Shown here piece after piece: positions 24,232-33,861 of a stretch of 64,000 bases of DNA (position 1 is its first letter; each line of letters opens with the position of its first letter). The DNA comes from Corallococcus soli (GTDB lineage: Bacteria > Myxococcota > Myxococcia > Myxococcales > Myxococcaceae), in contig NZ_JAAIYO010000008.1 of NCBI RefSeq assembly GCF_014930455.1, positions 224,367 to 288,366 of the forward strand. The letters run 5' to 3'. The position numbers and the translations under genes are program-made. A model generated the notes under the pieces. That model was not told where the DNA came from and ran no database searches. It worked only from the letters and a program-made list of their open reading frames with translations.

Positions 24232-26793
24232 ATGAGTGCCCAAGCCGACACCCGCGCCCCGCTCGCCGCCCTGCTGCCGAAGCCCGGCGAGCCTCCTCTC
24301 GACGCCGATGAGATCCTCAACCGCTTCGTCGGCTACGTGGCCACCAACGGGCTGAGCCTGTACTCCGCCCAGGAGGAGGCCATCCTGGAGCTGCTGAGCG
24401 ACAAGCACCTGTTCCTCAAGACGCCCACGGGCTCCGGCAAGTCGCTGGTGGCCATGGCGCTGCACTTCAAGGCCATGGCCGAGGGCAAGGTGTCGTTCTA
24501 CACGTGCCCCATCAAGGCGCTGGTGAACGAGAAGTTCTTCCAGCTCTCCAAGGCCTTCGGCCCGGAGAACGTGGGCATGCTCACGGGCGACGCGAGCATC
24601 AACCGCGAGGCGCCCATCCTCTGCTGCACGGCGGAGATCCTGGCGAACCTGGCGCTGCGCGACGCGTCCGCGCGCGTGGACGCGGTGGTGATGGACGAGT
24701 TCCACTACTACTCCGACAAGGAGCGCGGCACGGCCTGGCAGATTCCGCTGCTGGCGCTGCCCAAGACGCAGTTCCTGCTGATGTCCGCGACGCTGGGCGA
24801 CACGCACATCATCGAGCAGAGCCTGGAGCAGCTCACCGGCCGCGAGGTGGCCACGGTGCGAAGCTCCGAGCGCCCCGTGCCGCTGGACTTCGACTACCGC
24901 GAGGCCGCACTGCACGAGACCATCCAGGACCTCATCGCGCGCGGGAAGTACCCCATCTACCTGGTGAACTTCACGCAGCGCGCCGCCGCCGAGCAGGCGC
25001 AAAACCTCATGTCGGTGGACTTCAACACCAAGGAGGAGAAGGAGGAACTGCGGCAGGCGCTGATGGACGCGCCCTTCGACACGCCCTACGGCAAGGACTT
25101 CCAGCGCTACCTGCGCCACGGCATCGGCATGCACCACGCCGGCCTGCTGCCCAAGTACCGGCTGCTGGTGGAGAAGCTGGCGCAGCAGGGCCTGCTCAAG
25201 GTCATCAGCGGCACGGACACGCTAGGCGTGGGCGTGAACATCCCCATCCGCACGGTGCTCTTCACGCAGCTGTTCAAGTTCAACGGCGAGAAGCTGACGA
25301 CGCTGAGCGTGCGCGACTTCAAGCAGATCTCCGGCCGCGCGGGCCGCAAGGGCTACGACACCGAAGGCAGCGTGGTGGCGCAGGCGCCCGAATACGTCGT
25401 GGAGAACATCAAGCAGGCGGCCAAGGAGGCCGCGGGCAAGAAGAAGACGCCCAAGGCGAAGCCGCCGCAGAAGGGCTTCGTGCAGTACGACCGGAGCACC
25501 TTCGAGCGGCTCCAGAACGGCATGCCGGAGCCGCTGGAGTCCCGCTTCGAGGTGAGCCACGGCCTCCTGCTCAACCTGCTCCAGAGCGACAAGACGGAGG
25601 GCAGCGGCGGCTACAAGCGGCTGGTGCAGTTGGTGCGCCGCTCGCACAGCTCCGAGTACACGAAGAAGAAGCTCCTGAAGGACGCGGCGATGTACTTCCG
25701 CACGCTGCGCGAGGCGGGCATCGTGCAGGTGGTGCAGTGGGAGGGCCGCTCCTCCACGGTGGAGGTGGCGGGCGAGCTGCAACGCGACTTCAGCCTCAAC
25801 CACACGCTGTCGCTGTACCTGCATGAGACGCTGGAGCTGTTGGACCCCGCGGTGGAGACGTACGCGCTGGACGTCGTCACGCTGGTGGAGTCCATCCTGG
25901 AGAACCCGGACGTGGTGCTGTACGCGCAGCTGCACCAGCTCAAGGGCGAGAAGATCCAGGAGATGAAGGCGCAGGGCATGGAGTACGACGACCGGATGGA
26001 GGAGCTGGAGAAGCTGGAGTGGCCCAAGCCCAACCGCGACTTCATCTACGGCACCTTCAACGCCTTCGCGCGCAAGCACCCGTGGGTGGGCGAGGAGAAC
26101 ATCCGGCCCAAGGCCATCGTGCGCGACATGTTCGAGCGCTTCATGTCCTTCCACGACTACGTGCGCGAGTACGGCCTGCAGCGCAGCGAGGGCGTGCTGC
26201 TGCGCTACGTGGGGGACGTCTACAAATCGCTGGCGCAGACGGTGCCGGAGAAGTTCCGCAACGAGGAGGTGGACGACATCATCGACCACCTCCGCGCGAC
26301 GCTGCGTCAGGTGGACTCCAGCCTCCTGGACGAGTGGGAGCGGATGAAGAACCCGGACGCGCCGCTGGAGGCGAAGCCGGTGGTGGACCTGAAGCCCAAG
26401 GAGCTCACCGAGGACCCGAAGGCCTTCGCCGCGCGCGTGCGCGAGGAGCTGCACCGGCTGCTGCGCGCCCTGGGCCAGCGCCGCTTCCTGGACGCGCTGG
26501 GCATGCTGGACAACGCCCTGGGCGAATGGACCGCGCCCAAGCTGGAGCAGGCCATGGCGCCGTACTTCGAGGAGCACAAGCTGGTGGTGCTCACGCCCCA
26601 GGCGCGCAAGCCGGCGAACACCCAGCTCAAGGAGGCCGGCACCCGGCAGTGGGAGGCCCAGCAGCGCATCATGGACCCGGAGGGCCATGGGGACTGGGTC
26701 ATCGACTGTGAGATCGACCTGCGCGGCCGCCGCATGGACGACGGCCCCATCCTGATGCTGCGCCGCATTGGCGGCATGAGCGCGTGGACCTGA
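24232..26793 (+). CDS. DEAD/DEAH-box (Ski2/Lhr-like) helicase with a long C-terminal DUF3516-like domain
   Basis: Walker A is TPTGSGKS, the DEAH-type box is VVMDEFHY, motif III is MSAT and motif VI is QISGRAGRKG. The start at ATG 24232 was chosen over the ORF-track start at 24073. Its promoter and 5' end are the source of the duplicate at 22206-22340. Confidence 0.9.
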   Translation: MSAQADTRAPLAALLPKPGEPPLDADEILNRFVGYVATNGLSLYSAQEEAILELLSDKHLFLKTPTGSGKSLVAMALHFKAMAEGKVSFYTCPIKALVNEKFFQLSKAFGPENVGMLTGDASINREAPILCCTAEILANLALRDASARVDAVVMDEFHYYSDKERGTAWQIPLLALPKTQFLLMSATLGDTHIIEQSLEQLTGREVATVRSSERPVPLDFDYREAALHETIQDLIARGKYPIYLVNFTQRAAAEQAQNLMSVDFNTKEEKEELRQALMDAPFDTPYGKDFQRYLRHGIGMHHAGLLPKYRLLVEKLAQQGLLKVISGTDTLGVGVNIPIRTVLFTQLFKFNGEKLTTLSVRDFKQISGRAGRKGYDTEGSVVAQAPEYVVENIKQAAKEAAGKKKTPKAKPPQKGFVQYDRSTFERLQNGMPEPLESRFEVSHGLLLNLLQSDKTEGSGGYKRLVQLVRRSHSSEYTKKKLLKDAAMYFRTLREAGIVQVVQWEGRSSTVEVAGELQRDFSLNHTLSLYLHETLELLDPAVETYALDVVTLVESILENPDVVLYAQLHQLKGEKIQEMKAQGMEYDDRMEELEKLEWPKPNRDFIYGTFNAFARKHPWVGEENIRPKAIVRDMFERFMSFHDYVREYGLQRSEGVLLRYVGDVYKSLAQTVPEKFRNEEVDDIIDHLRATLRQVDSSLLDEWERMKNPDAPLEAKPVVDLKPKELTEDPKAFAARVREELHRLLRALGQRRFLDALGMLDNALGEWTAPKLEQAMAPYFEEHKLVVLTPQARKPANTQLKEAGTRQWEAQQRIMDPEGHGDWVIDCEIDLRGRRMDDGPILMLRRIGGMSAWT

Positions 26794-26800
26794 CGGACGC

Positions 26801-27085
26801 TCAGCGCGGGGGCGGCCTGGAGTCCCGGGCCGCCGCGCGCACGGTGTCCGCCGCCGCGTCCACCTCCGCGAGGATGCGGCGCGCGTGGTGGAGCAGGGCT
26901 TCTCCGGTGGGCAGCAGCCGCATGCCCCGGGGGATGCGCTCGAACAGGGGCGCGCCCAGCTCATCCTCCAGCGCGAGGATGTGACGGCTGAGCGGCGGCT
27001 GGGTGAGGTGGAGCCGGAGCGCGGCCCGGCCCACGTGGCCCTCTTCCGCCACCGCGACGAAGGACTGGAGGTGCGTGATGCTCAC
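26801..27085 (-). pseudogene. Truncated LysR-family regulator (HTH domain only, 94 aa)
   Basis: The N-terminal LysR HTH is present (ITHLQSFVAVAEEGHVGRAALRLHLTQPPLSRHILALEDELGAPLFER). The protein terminates after about 94 aa, directly abutting the helicase stop, and the substrate-binding domain is absent. This looks like a remnant at the edge of the AT-rich island. Confidence 0.6.
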
Positions 27086-27117
27086 GCCCCCAGGTTAGCG
27101 CGGGACGTCCGGCAGGG

Positions 27118-29060
27118 CAAATAACCAAACGACTATGATTGAGGAGAAATGACAAGCGTCTTGCCTTGAGCAAGTTCAAATCTTTTCGCAGGTTTGAAAG
27201 CCTCACTTTTTCTGGAAGCCTGCCTGCACCCGGCCAAGGATCGAATATCTGAACTGAACCCACCAAATCCAAGGCTTCCTGCGGCAAAAAACTACTTGTC
27301 GGAGAGGGGATGGCAACCCATTGAACGGACCAAGATCCGCAATGTCACCAGCCCGGATTCGGCACGCCCTTCGCCTCTCCTAGATAGTGGCGCAAGCTCT
27401 ATGACTACTCCAGAATCACTGCATGCCAGTATTGTTGTCTCTGAGATATCCGTGCTGTTTGAGTTTCAGCAAACCGTCCAAACAATGCGCGCACAGCGGT
27501 GACGGCCTGTGTAGGAGGACCCCTCTGCCGGCGAAGCCCACCAAATTTTCTGACTAGAATAGCTTACGCATATAACTGGGCGGGCGAGTTCCAGTTAGTG
27601 AGGTCCGCGATCGCGTCAACTGCTGTTGCAGTGACACATGCGTGAGGTGTTTTCTGTTGTGCTCGGACTCGGTGTCTGCTTCCCTGATTTCAAATGTAGT
27701 CACATGGACAGCACCTATGTTTCTTCACCAGCGATCTTCATTCTGATGAATGCCTTCATTGCTGGATCTACAAAGGTTGTGTAGTTTTGAACCCTTTCGC
27801 CGCCCTCTCCGCGCTCAACATCTTTTAGCACAGGGCCATAGGTGGTCTCCTTTAATTGCCGTAGTGGACCCGACAAGGCAGTACTCGGGATGTCCTCTCC
27901 AAGCTGTTTTGTGATGCTGTCGCACAGTTGCTCCATGGTTACGTAGTCATTGTCCATTTCTGCCATTGCGCGCAAGATCTGCTTCCTGTATCTTTTTTGG
28001 CCGAATGTTTCGATGGCTTTTAGGTACAGGTCATCTAGTCGGCGCGCGCGCTTGTTGACGTAGGATGTGAGTGATGATTTGAAGTCATCCATAGAGGCGG
28101 TGCGTGGAGCCCGAGCAAATGCCTTCTCTGCTATTTCCAGGCAGAGGTACTGTACGAGCGACGGGGAGCCTGATGAGGTTTTGACGATCTTGTCGGCAAT
28201 TGATTTTTCTATATCTATCTTGAGATCGGTCATGCCTTTTTCGATGATGAATCGGGATTCTGCCGTGCTCATTGCTTTGAGTGGGATCTCTTGTAGTAGG
28301 CGATCAATTCCAGGGTCGCGCCGTACGAGCCGGCTTGCGTCTGATGAAGTGCCCAGAAGAATGATCCTGAAGTTTTTGCAGTTTTTGTTTGCGTATGTTT
28401 TTATGAGTAGCGTTATTTGCTCTACGAAGTCGGGTGTCGCCTTGTGTAGCTCGTCTAGCAGTAGGACCAGCTGGTGTTGCTCGCAGAGGTCGATGACCTT
28501 GGAGTCCGTGGGTGAACTTACGGCGAATTGGGCTTTCTGAAGTGCGGTCTCGCCGGCAGTGTTTGAATTTTCACCGGTCAAGGATGCTTTAAATGCCTTG
28601 AAGGGGATTTCTACGCCTCCGGTCACTTTGGTTGTGGCTGATTCTGTTTGCTGGGTTGTGATTTCCGTGGTGATTGTGTATCCGATTGTTTCAAGGCAGC
28701 GCTTTAGGATGTCGCTTACTGATTGTCCTGCGACGCTCTCGATGTTGACGAGGCGTTTCTGCTTTTCGGCGTCAAGGACGCAGCGCCGTGCCATTGATGT
28801 TTTCCCAACTCCATATTCGCCAAATACTAACGGTATCATTCCGCGGCGAAGGGCCTTTTGGAAGTCTTCTTCGGCTTCGCCACGCTTGGCGTACACGTTT
28901 GTTTGATCTAGCGGGAGTTGGCCTGGGCGGAAGACTTGATTTGGATCGAGCATGTGGAGCCAGTGCTTTCTTGATTCGTCTTGATGCTGATGAGTTGCCA
29001 GTTGACCTGAAGCTGCATTGATTATTGGTGGGCGTAGTGGTTTAGGACCGGTGCAGCCCG
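27118..29060. mobile_element. AT-rich foreign island of about 1.9 kb (horizontally acquired segment)
   Basis: There is an abrupt compositional shift from about 70% GC to roughly 45% GC, judged by eye, across 27118 to about 29060. The only convincing gene inside is the AAA+ ATPase, which uses A/T-ending codons. The 10-mer CTAGAATAGC occurs at 27555-27564 and 29068-29077, on either side of the ATPase gene, each followed 14-16 nt later by GGGCGGG. No integrase or transposase is present. Confidence 0.7.
27715..28953 (-). CDS. AAA+ / P-loop ATPase of foreign origin (ORC/archaeal-ATPase-like, family assignment tentative)
   Basis: Walker A is FGEYGVGKTSMARRC, Walker B is LVLLLDELHKAT and a sensor-like TSSG motif is present. 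412 aa. Its low-GC codon usage is unlike every other gene in the window. Confidence 0.8.
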   Translation of the reverse strand: MLDPNQVFRPGQLPLDQTNVYAKRGEAEEDFQKALRRGMIPLVFGEYGVGKTSMARRCVLDAEKQKRLVNIESVAGQSVSDILKRCLETIGYTITTEITTQQTESATTKVTGGVEIPFKAFKASLTGENSNTAGETALQKAQFAVSSPTDSKVIDLCEQHQLVLLLDELHKATPDFVEQITLLIKTYANKNCKNFRIILLGTSSDASRLVRRDPGIDRLLQEIPLKAMSTAESRFIIEKGMTDLKIDIEKSIADKIVKTSSGSPSLVQYLCLEIAEKAFARAPRTASMDDFKSSLTSYVNKRARRLDDLYLKAIETFGQKRYRKQILRAMAEMDNDYVTMEQLCDSITKQLGEDIPSTALSGPLRQLKETTYGPVLKDVERGEGGERVQNYTTFVDPAMKAFIRMKIAGEET

Positions 29061-29120
29061 GTCAGATGCTGCTTGTGATGCTAGAATAGCATTGGACGTT
29101 GCGAAGGGGCGGGTGCCACC

Positions 29121-29912
29121 TTGCCCGCCATGGGCATTCCACTCTTCAAGGGCACCGAGGTTGAACGGCTGCGCCTCGCGGGACTCGCGGCGGCCGGCAC
29201 GCTGGCGCACGTCGCCGGGAAGCTGACGCCGGGCGTGACGACGGCGGACATCGACGCGTGGGTGCGCGAGGACACGGCGCGCCGGGGCGGCACCCCCAGC
29301 CAACTGGGCTACAAGGGGTTTCCCGCCACGGTGTGCACCAGCCGCAACCACGTGGTGTGCCATGGCATCCCGCGCCGGGACGAACTCTTGAAATCCGGCG
29401 ACATCGTCAACGTGGACGTGACGACGTGCCTGGACGGCTTCCACGGCGACACGTCCGCCACGTTCCTCATTGGAGAGGTGTCCTCCGACGCGAAGCACGT
29501 CGTGGACGTGGCTCGACGGTGCCGGGACGCGGGCGTGGCGGTGGTACGGCACGGCGCGCGGCTGGGGGACATTGGCGCGGCGGTGATGGCGCTGGCGAAG
29601 GCGGAGGGGTGCAGCGTGGTGGAGGAGTTCGGGGGCCACGGCATCGGCCGGCAGATGCACGGCCCCCCGCATGTGTCCCACGTCGCGAAGGCCGGCACGG
29701 GCATCACGCTGCGCTCCGGGATGGTGCTCACCATCGAGCCCATGGTGAACCTGGGCCGCCCGGACATCCGGATGATGCCGGACGGGTGGACGGTGGTGAC
29801 GGCGGACGGCAGCCTGTCCGCCCAGTTCGAACACACGGTGCTCGTCACCCGGGACGGCTGCGAGGTGCTGACGCCGGGCGAGCTGGAGCTCCACATCCCT
29901 GGCGGGTGTTGA
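29121..29912 (+). CDS. map: Type I methionine aminopeptidase
   Basis: Metal-ligand residues appear in canonical order: DIVNVDVT, GHGIG, LTIEPM and FEHTVLVT. A TAGAAT -10-like hexamer lies about 45 bp upstream, at 29072-29077. Confidence 0.9.
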   Translation: MPAMGIPLFKGTEVERLRLAGLAAAGTLAHVAGKLTPGVTTADIDAWVREDTARRGGTPSQLGYKGFPATVCTSRNHVVCHGIPRRDELLKSGDIVNVDVTTCLDGFHGDTSATFLIGEVSSDAKHVVDVARRCRDAGVAVVRHGARLGDIGAAVMALAKAEGCSVVEEFGGHGIGRQMHGPPHVSHVAKAGTGITLRSGMVLTIEPMVNLGRPDIRMMPDGWTVVTADGSLSAQFEHTVLVTRDGCEVLTPGELELHIPGGC

Positions 29913-29997
29913 GAAGGGGGCGCTTGCGTTTGCCTGCCCGGTCGCGGTTCGGGCGGTTCTCATTGGCAGCGTCGGGGCCGGTGATAATTTGCCGCCC

Positions 29998-31014
29998 ATG
30001 AAGAAGATCCTGGTCGCGCTCCTCGTGCTCATCGTCCTGGCGGTCGCGGGCGTGGGCGGGGCGTTCTGGTACATGCAGAAGGCCGTCACGACGCCCCACG
30101 CCTCGGCGGAGGCAACCCCGAAGGAGTTCGTGGTGAAGAAGGGCGCGTCGGCGCGCTCGCTGGGCCAGCAGCTGGAAGCCCAGGGCTTCCTCGACGACGC
30201 CCGCGTCTGGCGCTTCCACCTGTGGCGCAAAGGCAGCCTCAACGTGAAGGCGGGCCGCTTCATGCTGAGCCCCACCGCGTCGGTGGAGCAGCTGGCCACC
30301 GCGCTGGAAGGCGCCCCGCTGCCGGAGGACGTGCCCTTCGTGATGATTGAAGGCTGGCGCCTGCGCGACACCGACCAGGTGCTCGCCGCGCAGGGGCTCA
30401 TCAAGCCGGGGGAGTACATCGCCGCGGCCAGCCGCCCGGAGCGCTTCACCGCGCCGTTCCCGCTGCCCACGCGCGGGCTGGAGGGCTACCTGTACCCGGA
30501 GACCTACGGCATCGTCGTGGAGGGCTTCCGCGTGGAAGCCTTCATCCAGCGGCAGCTGGACACCTTCCGCGCCCGCTTCTACGACGCGCACCGGGAGGAG
30601 ATCGCCAAGAGCGGCCGGTCGCTGCACGACATCATCGTGATGGCCTCCATGCTGGAGCGCGAGGAGCCCATGCCCTCGCAGCGCGCGCTGGTCGCCGGCA
30701 TCCTCTGGAAGCGCGTGGACAAGGGCTTCGCCCTGGGCGTGGACGCGACGAGCCGCTACGAGCTGGCGGAGTGGAATGATCGCAAGGCGTTCCTCAAGAA
30801 GCTGCGTGACAAGTCCGACCCGTGGAACTCGCGCTCCCGCCTGGGCCTGCCGCCGGGCCCCATTGGCGCGCCGACGGTGGACTCGCTCGTCGCCGCGCTG
30901 CGGCCGGTGAAGAGCGACTTCTGGTACTACCTGCACGACGCGCAGAAGATCCTGCGCCCCTCGCGCAACGCGCAGGAACACGAAGCGCTCCGGGCCAAGT
31001 ACAACGTGTACTGA
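29998..31014 (+). CDS. mltG: Endolytic murein transglycosylase MltG (YceG-like)
   Basis: N-terminal transmembrane anchor MKKILVALLVLIVLAVAGVGGAFWY. The YceG-like core (GYLYPETY) and the catalytic region match MltG. Confidence 0.85.
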   Translation: MKKILVALLVLIVLAVAGVGGAFWYMQKAVTTPHASAEATPKEFVVKKGASARSLGQQLEAQGFLDDARVWRFHLWRKGSLNVKAGRFMLSPTASVEQLATALEGAPLPEDVPFVMIEGWRLRDTDQVLAAQGLIKPGEYIAAASRPERFTAPFPLPTRGLEGYLYPETYGIVVEGFRVEAFIQRQLDTFRARFYDAHREEIAKSGRSLHDIIVMASMLEREEPMPSQRALVAGILWKRVDKGFALGVDATSRYELAEWNDRKAFLKKLRDKSDPWNSRSRLGLPPGPIGAPTVDSLVAALRPVKSDFWYYLHDAQKILRPSRNAQEHEALRAKYNVY

Positions 31015-31023
31015 GCCCGCGCG

Positions 31024-32718
31024 ATGACCACCGCCCCTCCGGATTCGCATCCTCCCGCCGCCCCACCGTCCACCGACGTGGAGGCCCTGCGACGGGAGGT
31101 GGCCACGCTGCGCGAGGAGTCCTCGCGGCTGCGGCGGATGCTCGACACGGCGGCGCGGATCGCCTGGTCGCATGACGTCCGCGCGGGCGGGGGCGAGCCA
31201 GTGGCGCCGGCCTGGCAGGCCTTCACCGGGCAGTCCCTGGAGGCGTTCGGGAACCAGGGCTGGCTCACGGTCCTGCACCCGGACGACCGCGCGGGGGCGC
31301 TCGCGTCCTGGGCGGACGCCGTCGCCGCGAAGCGGTCCTTCTCCACGCGCTACCGCGTGCGCCGCGCGGACGGCGTCTACGTGTGGATGCTCGCGAAGGG
31401 CACGCCGGTGCTGGGGCTGGACGGCGAGGTGCAGGAGTGGGTGGGCACCTGTTCGGACATCCAGGACCAGTGCCTCCGCGAGGAGCGGGCCGCGTTCCTG
31501 GCCAGGGCCGGGGAGCTGTTCTCGTCGTCGCTGGACGCGGCCGCCACGCTGGCGACGCTCGCGAACCTGTCGGTGTCGGCGCACGCGGACTGGTGCCTCG
31601 TGGACCTGCTGCACGAGGATGGCCACTTCGAGCGCTCCCTGGTGGTGACGGCGGATCCCGCCCAGCTGCCGCTCGCGACGATCGTGCGGAGCCTGTCGCC
31701 CGTTCCTCGCGACCAGCCCGTCTATCCGCCCTCGGTGGCGCTGACGACGGGCCGCTCCACCCTGGTGCCGGAGGTCACGGCGCCGCTGCTGGAGGCGGTG
31801 GCGCAGGACGCGAACCACCTGGCGACGATGCACCAGGTGGGGATGCGCTCGCTGCTCACGGTGCCGCTGATGGCCCGGGGACACATCCTGGGCGCGCTGA
31901 CGTTCATCATCACCAAGTCCGGTCGCCACTATGGCGACGAGGACCTCCAGTTCGCGCAGGAACTGGCGAACCTGGCGGCCCTGGCCGTGGACAACGCGCG
32001 GCTGCTCCAGGGCGCGCGTGACGCCATCCGCCTGCGGGACGAATTCCTGTCCGTCGCCAGCCACGAGCTGAAGACGCCGCTGACGCCGCTCAGCCTGAAG
32101 CTCCAGGTGCTCTCGCGCGCGGTGAAGGCGCACCCGGACTCGCCGCTGGCGCCGGTGATTGAAGCCCACGTGGAGACGGGCCACCGGCAGGTGCGCCGGC
32201 TGACGGAGCTGATGAACGACCTGCTGGACGTGTCGCGCATCAGCGCCGGCACCTTCCGGTTGCAGCGCGAGGCCATGGACGTCGCCGCCCTGGTGCGCGA
32301 GGTGTCCGCGCGGTTCGCGCCGCGCTTCGCCCTGGAGCACTGTCCCTTCACGGTGGACGCCCCGGAGTCGGTGCCGGGCTGCTTCGACAAACCGCGGCTG
32401 GCCCAGGTGCTGGATCACCTCCTGGACAACGCCCTCAAGTACGGGGCGGGCACCCCGGTGTCCCTGACGCTCACGGCGGACGGCGCGGCGGCGAGGATCC
32501 GCGTGCGCGACGGTGGCATCGGCATCGCGCCCGAGCAGCGCTCGCGCCTCTTCGAGCGCTACGGCCGCGCGGTGTCCGAGCGCCACTACGGCGGCCTGGG
32601 CCTGGGCCTCTACCTCACCCGCACCATCGTGGAGGCCGAGGGCGGCCGGGTGTCCCTGGAGAGCAGGCCCGGCGAGGGCGCGGAGTTCGAGGTGATGCTG
32701 CCGCTCCAGCAGGCCTGA
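31024..32718 (+). CDS. PAS-GAF sensor histidine kinase
   Basis: A PAS domain (RIAWSHDVRAGG...WLTVLHPDD), a GAF domain, a HisKA domain (ASHELKTPLT) and an HATPase_c domain (DGGIGIAPE, GGLGLGLYL). Confidence 0.85.
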   Translation: MTTAPPDSHPPAAPPSTDVEALRREVATLREESSRLRRMLDTAARIAWSHDVRAGGGEPVAPAWQAFTGQSLEAFGNQGWLTVLHPDDRAGALASWADAVAAKRSFSTRYRVRRADGVYVWMLAKGTPVLGLDGEVQEWVGTCSDIQDQCLREERAAFLARAGELFSSSLDAAATLATLANLSVSAHADWCLVDLLHEDGHFERSLVVTADPAQLPLATIVRSLSPVPRDQPVYPPSVALTTGRSTLVPEVTAPLLEAVAQDANHLATMHQVGMRSLLTVPLMARGHILGALTFIITKSGRHYGDEDLQFAQELANLAALAVDNARLLQGARDAIRLRDEFLSVASHELKTPLTPLSLKLQVLSRAVKAHPDSPLAPVIEAHVETGHRQVRRLTELMNDLLDVSRISAGTFRLQREAMDVAALVREVSARFAPRFALEHCPFTVDAPESVPGCFDKPRLAQVLDHLLDNALKYGAGTPVSLTLTADGAAARIRVRDGGIGIAPEQRSRLFERYGRAVSERHYGGLGLGLYLTRTIVEAEGGRVSLESRPGEGAEFEVMLPLQQA

Positions 32719-32732
32719 GAGGGCCGCGGGGC

Positions 32733-33698
32733 CTACGACGGCTCGGGCTCCGGCGCCTTCTTGAACATCTCCGCGAGGATGCGCTCCGCCGCGTCCGCGA
32801 GCAGGTCCCGGGCCATGCGCGTCTCCTCGCCGAAGATGCCGCTGGATGTCCGCGCGTCCAGGACGTGCGTCGCGAGCAGCGAGAACGCGGCCGCCTCGTC
32901 GAACGTGGCCTCCGACGACAGGACGCGCTTGCCCGGGTGCTGGCTCTCCTCGTGGAAGCGGCCCTCCCAGTGCTCTCCCAGGGTGAGGGTGAAGTACTGC
33001 GTCGCCACGTTGCCGGGCCGCGACATGTGCGAGGCGGCGACCACCGCCCGGAGCTGGCCGCGCTCGTCCGGCGTCATCTGGCGCTTCCACGCCTCCACGG
33101 AGGCGTGCATGGTCTCAATCTGGTCCCTCGCCGCGTCCTCCGCGTTCTTCAGCAGGTCCGGCACCTGGGCGTGGATGAACGTGGCCAGGTCCTCCCGCGC
33201 CACGCGGCCCGCGCGGAGCACGTCGTCCACGAGCGCGAGCGAGGCGTCCAGCACGCGGTGCTGCCGGCCCAGGGCCTCGGCCGGAAGTCCCCGCGCCTCG
33301 AAGCCGTCGCGCGAGGCGGTGATGAGCCCGCGCAGGGTGCGAAGGCGGACGCGGGTGTCCTCATCCAGCGCCTCCGGCTGCTGCGCCAGCAGGACGTAGA
33401 GCGCGAGCGGGACGTGGGTGACGACCTTGTACGCGTGGTAGCGCCGCGTGCGCGCGGGGGCCTCGAAGCGCTGGCCTCCCTTGCGCAGGATGAGCACGTC
33501 GTCGATCTGCGCGATGACCGGCCCCATGCGCGACAGCACCGCGTCGCGGCGCGCGGCGTACGCGTCCCGGAACGCCTGGTTGAGCACGGAGAGCGGATCC
33601 GCGGGCTCCAGCGCCACGGCGCGCGCGACCTCGGAGGGCGGTTCGGGGGGAGGGGAGGGGGAGGCGGGATCCATGGGGCACTCGGCCATGGCGCGCAC
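32733..33698 (-). CDS. Hypothetical protein
   Basis: 321-aa ORF convergent with the histidine kinase. No recognisable motif was found. Its composition and codon usage are genome-typical. Confidence 0.5.
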   Translation of the reverse strand: MRAMAECPMDPASPSPPPEPPSEVARAVALEPADPLSVLNQAFRDAYAARRDAVLSRMGPVIAQIDDVLILRKGGQRFEAPARTRRYHAYKVVTHVPLALYVLLAQQPEALDEDTRVRLRTLRGLITASRDGFEARGLPAEALGRQHRVLDASLALVDDVLRAGRVAREDLATFIHAQVPDLLKNAEDAARDQIETMHASVEAWKRQMTPDERGQLRAVVAASHMSRPGNVATQYFTLTLGEHWEGRFHEESQHPGKRVLSSEATFDEAAAFSLLATHVLDARTSSGIFGEETRMARDLLADAAERILAEMFKKAPEPEPS

Positions 33699-33861
33699 GC
33701 TAGCGGCCCCGGGCTTCCCTTCCGTGGGGACCTCCGCGCGGGTGTCGGGATTCCTGCAACCGCGCGCCGCGCCCCGTCCGTGATGCGACGAAGGCCGGCC
33801 CCGCGACGACGCGGGACCGGCCTCCGGGTTCAGCGGTTCAGCGCTCCAACCGGTGACGGCT

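Noticed and set aside
23709-24320. 203-aa minus-strand ORF spanning the helicase promoter, and its twin inside 21959-23170
   Set aside because: The shared peptide (SPGFGSRA.SGARVSAWALIKEDSRGW) is simply the antisense translation of the duplicated helicase 5' segment and is not a gene.
26801-27085. Treating the LysR ORF as an intact regulator
   Set aside because: It is only 94 aa and the effector-binding domain is absent, so it was called as a truncated remnant.
27118-29060. Calling the AT-rich island a complete transposon, prophage or integrative element
   Set aside because: No integrase, transposase, tRNA target or clear terminal inverted repeats were found. Only a short 10-mer direct repeat was seen. 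It is reported as a foreign island of uncertain mobilisation.
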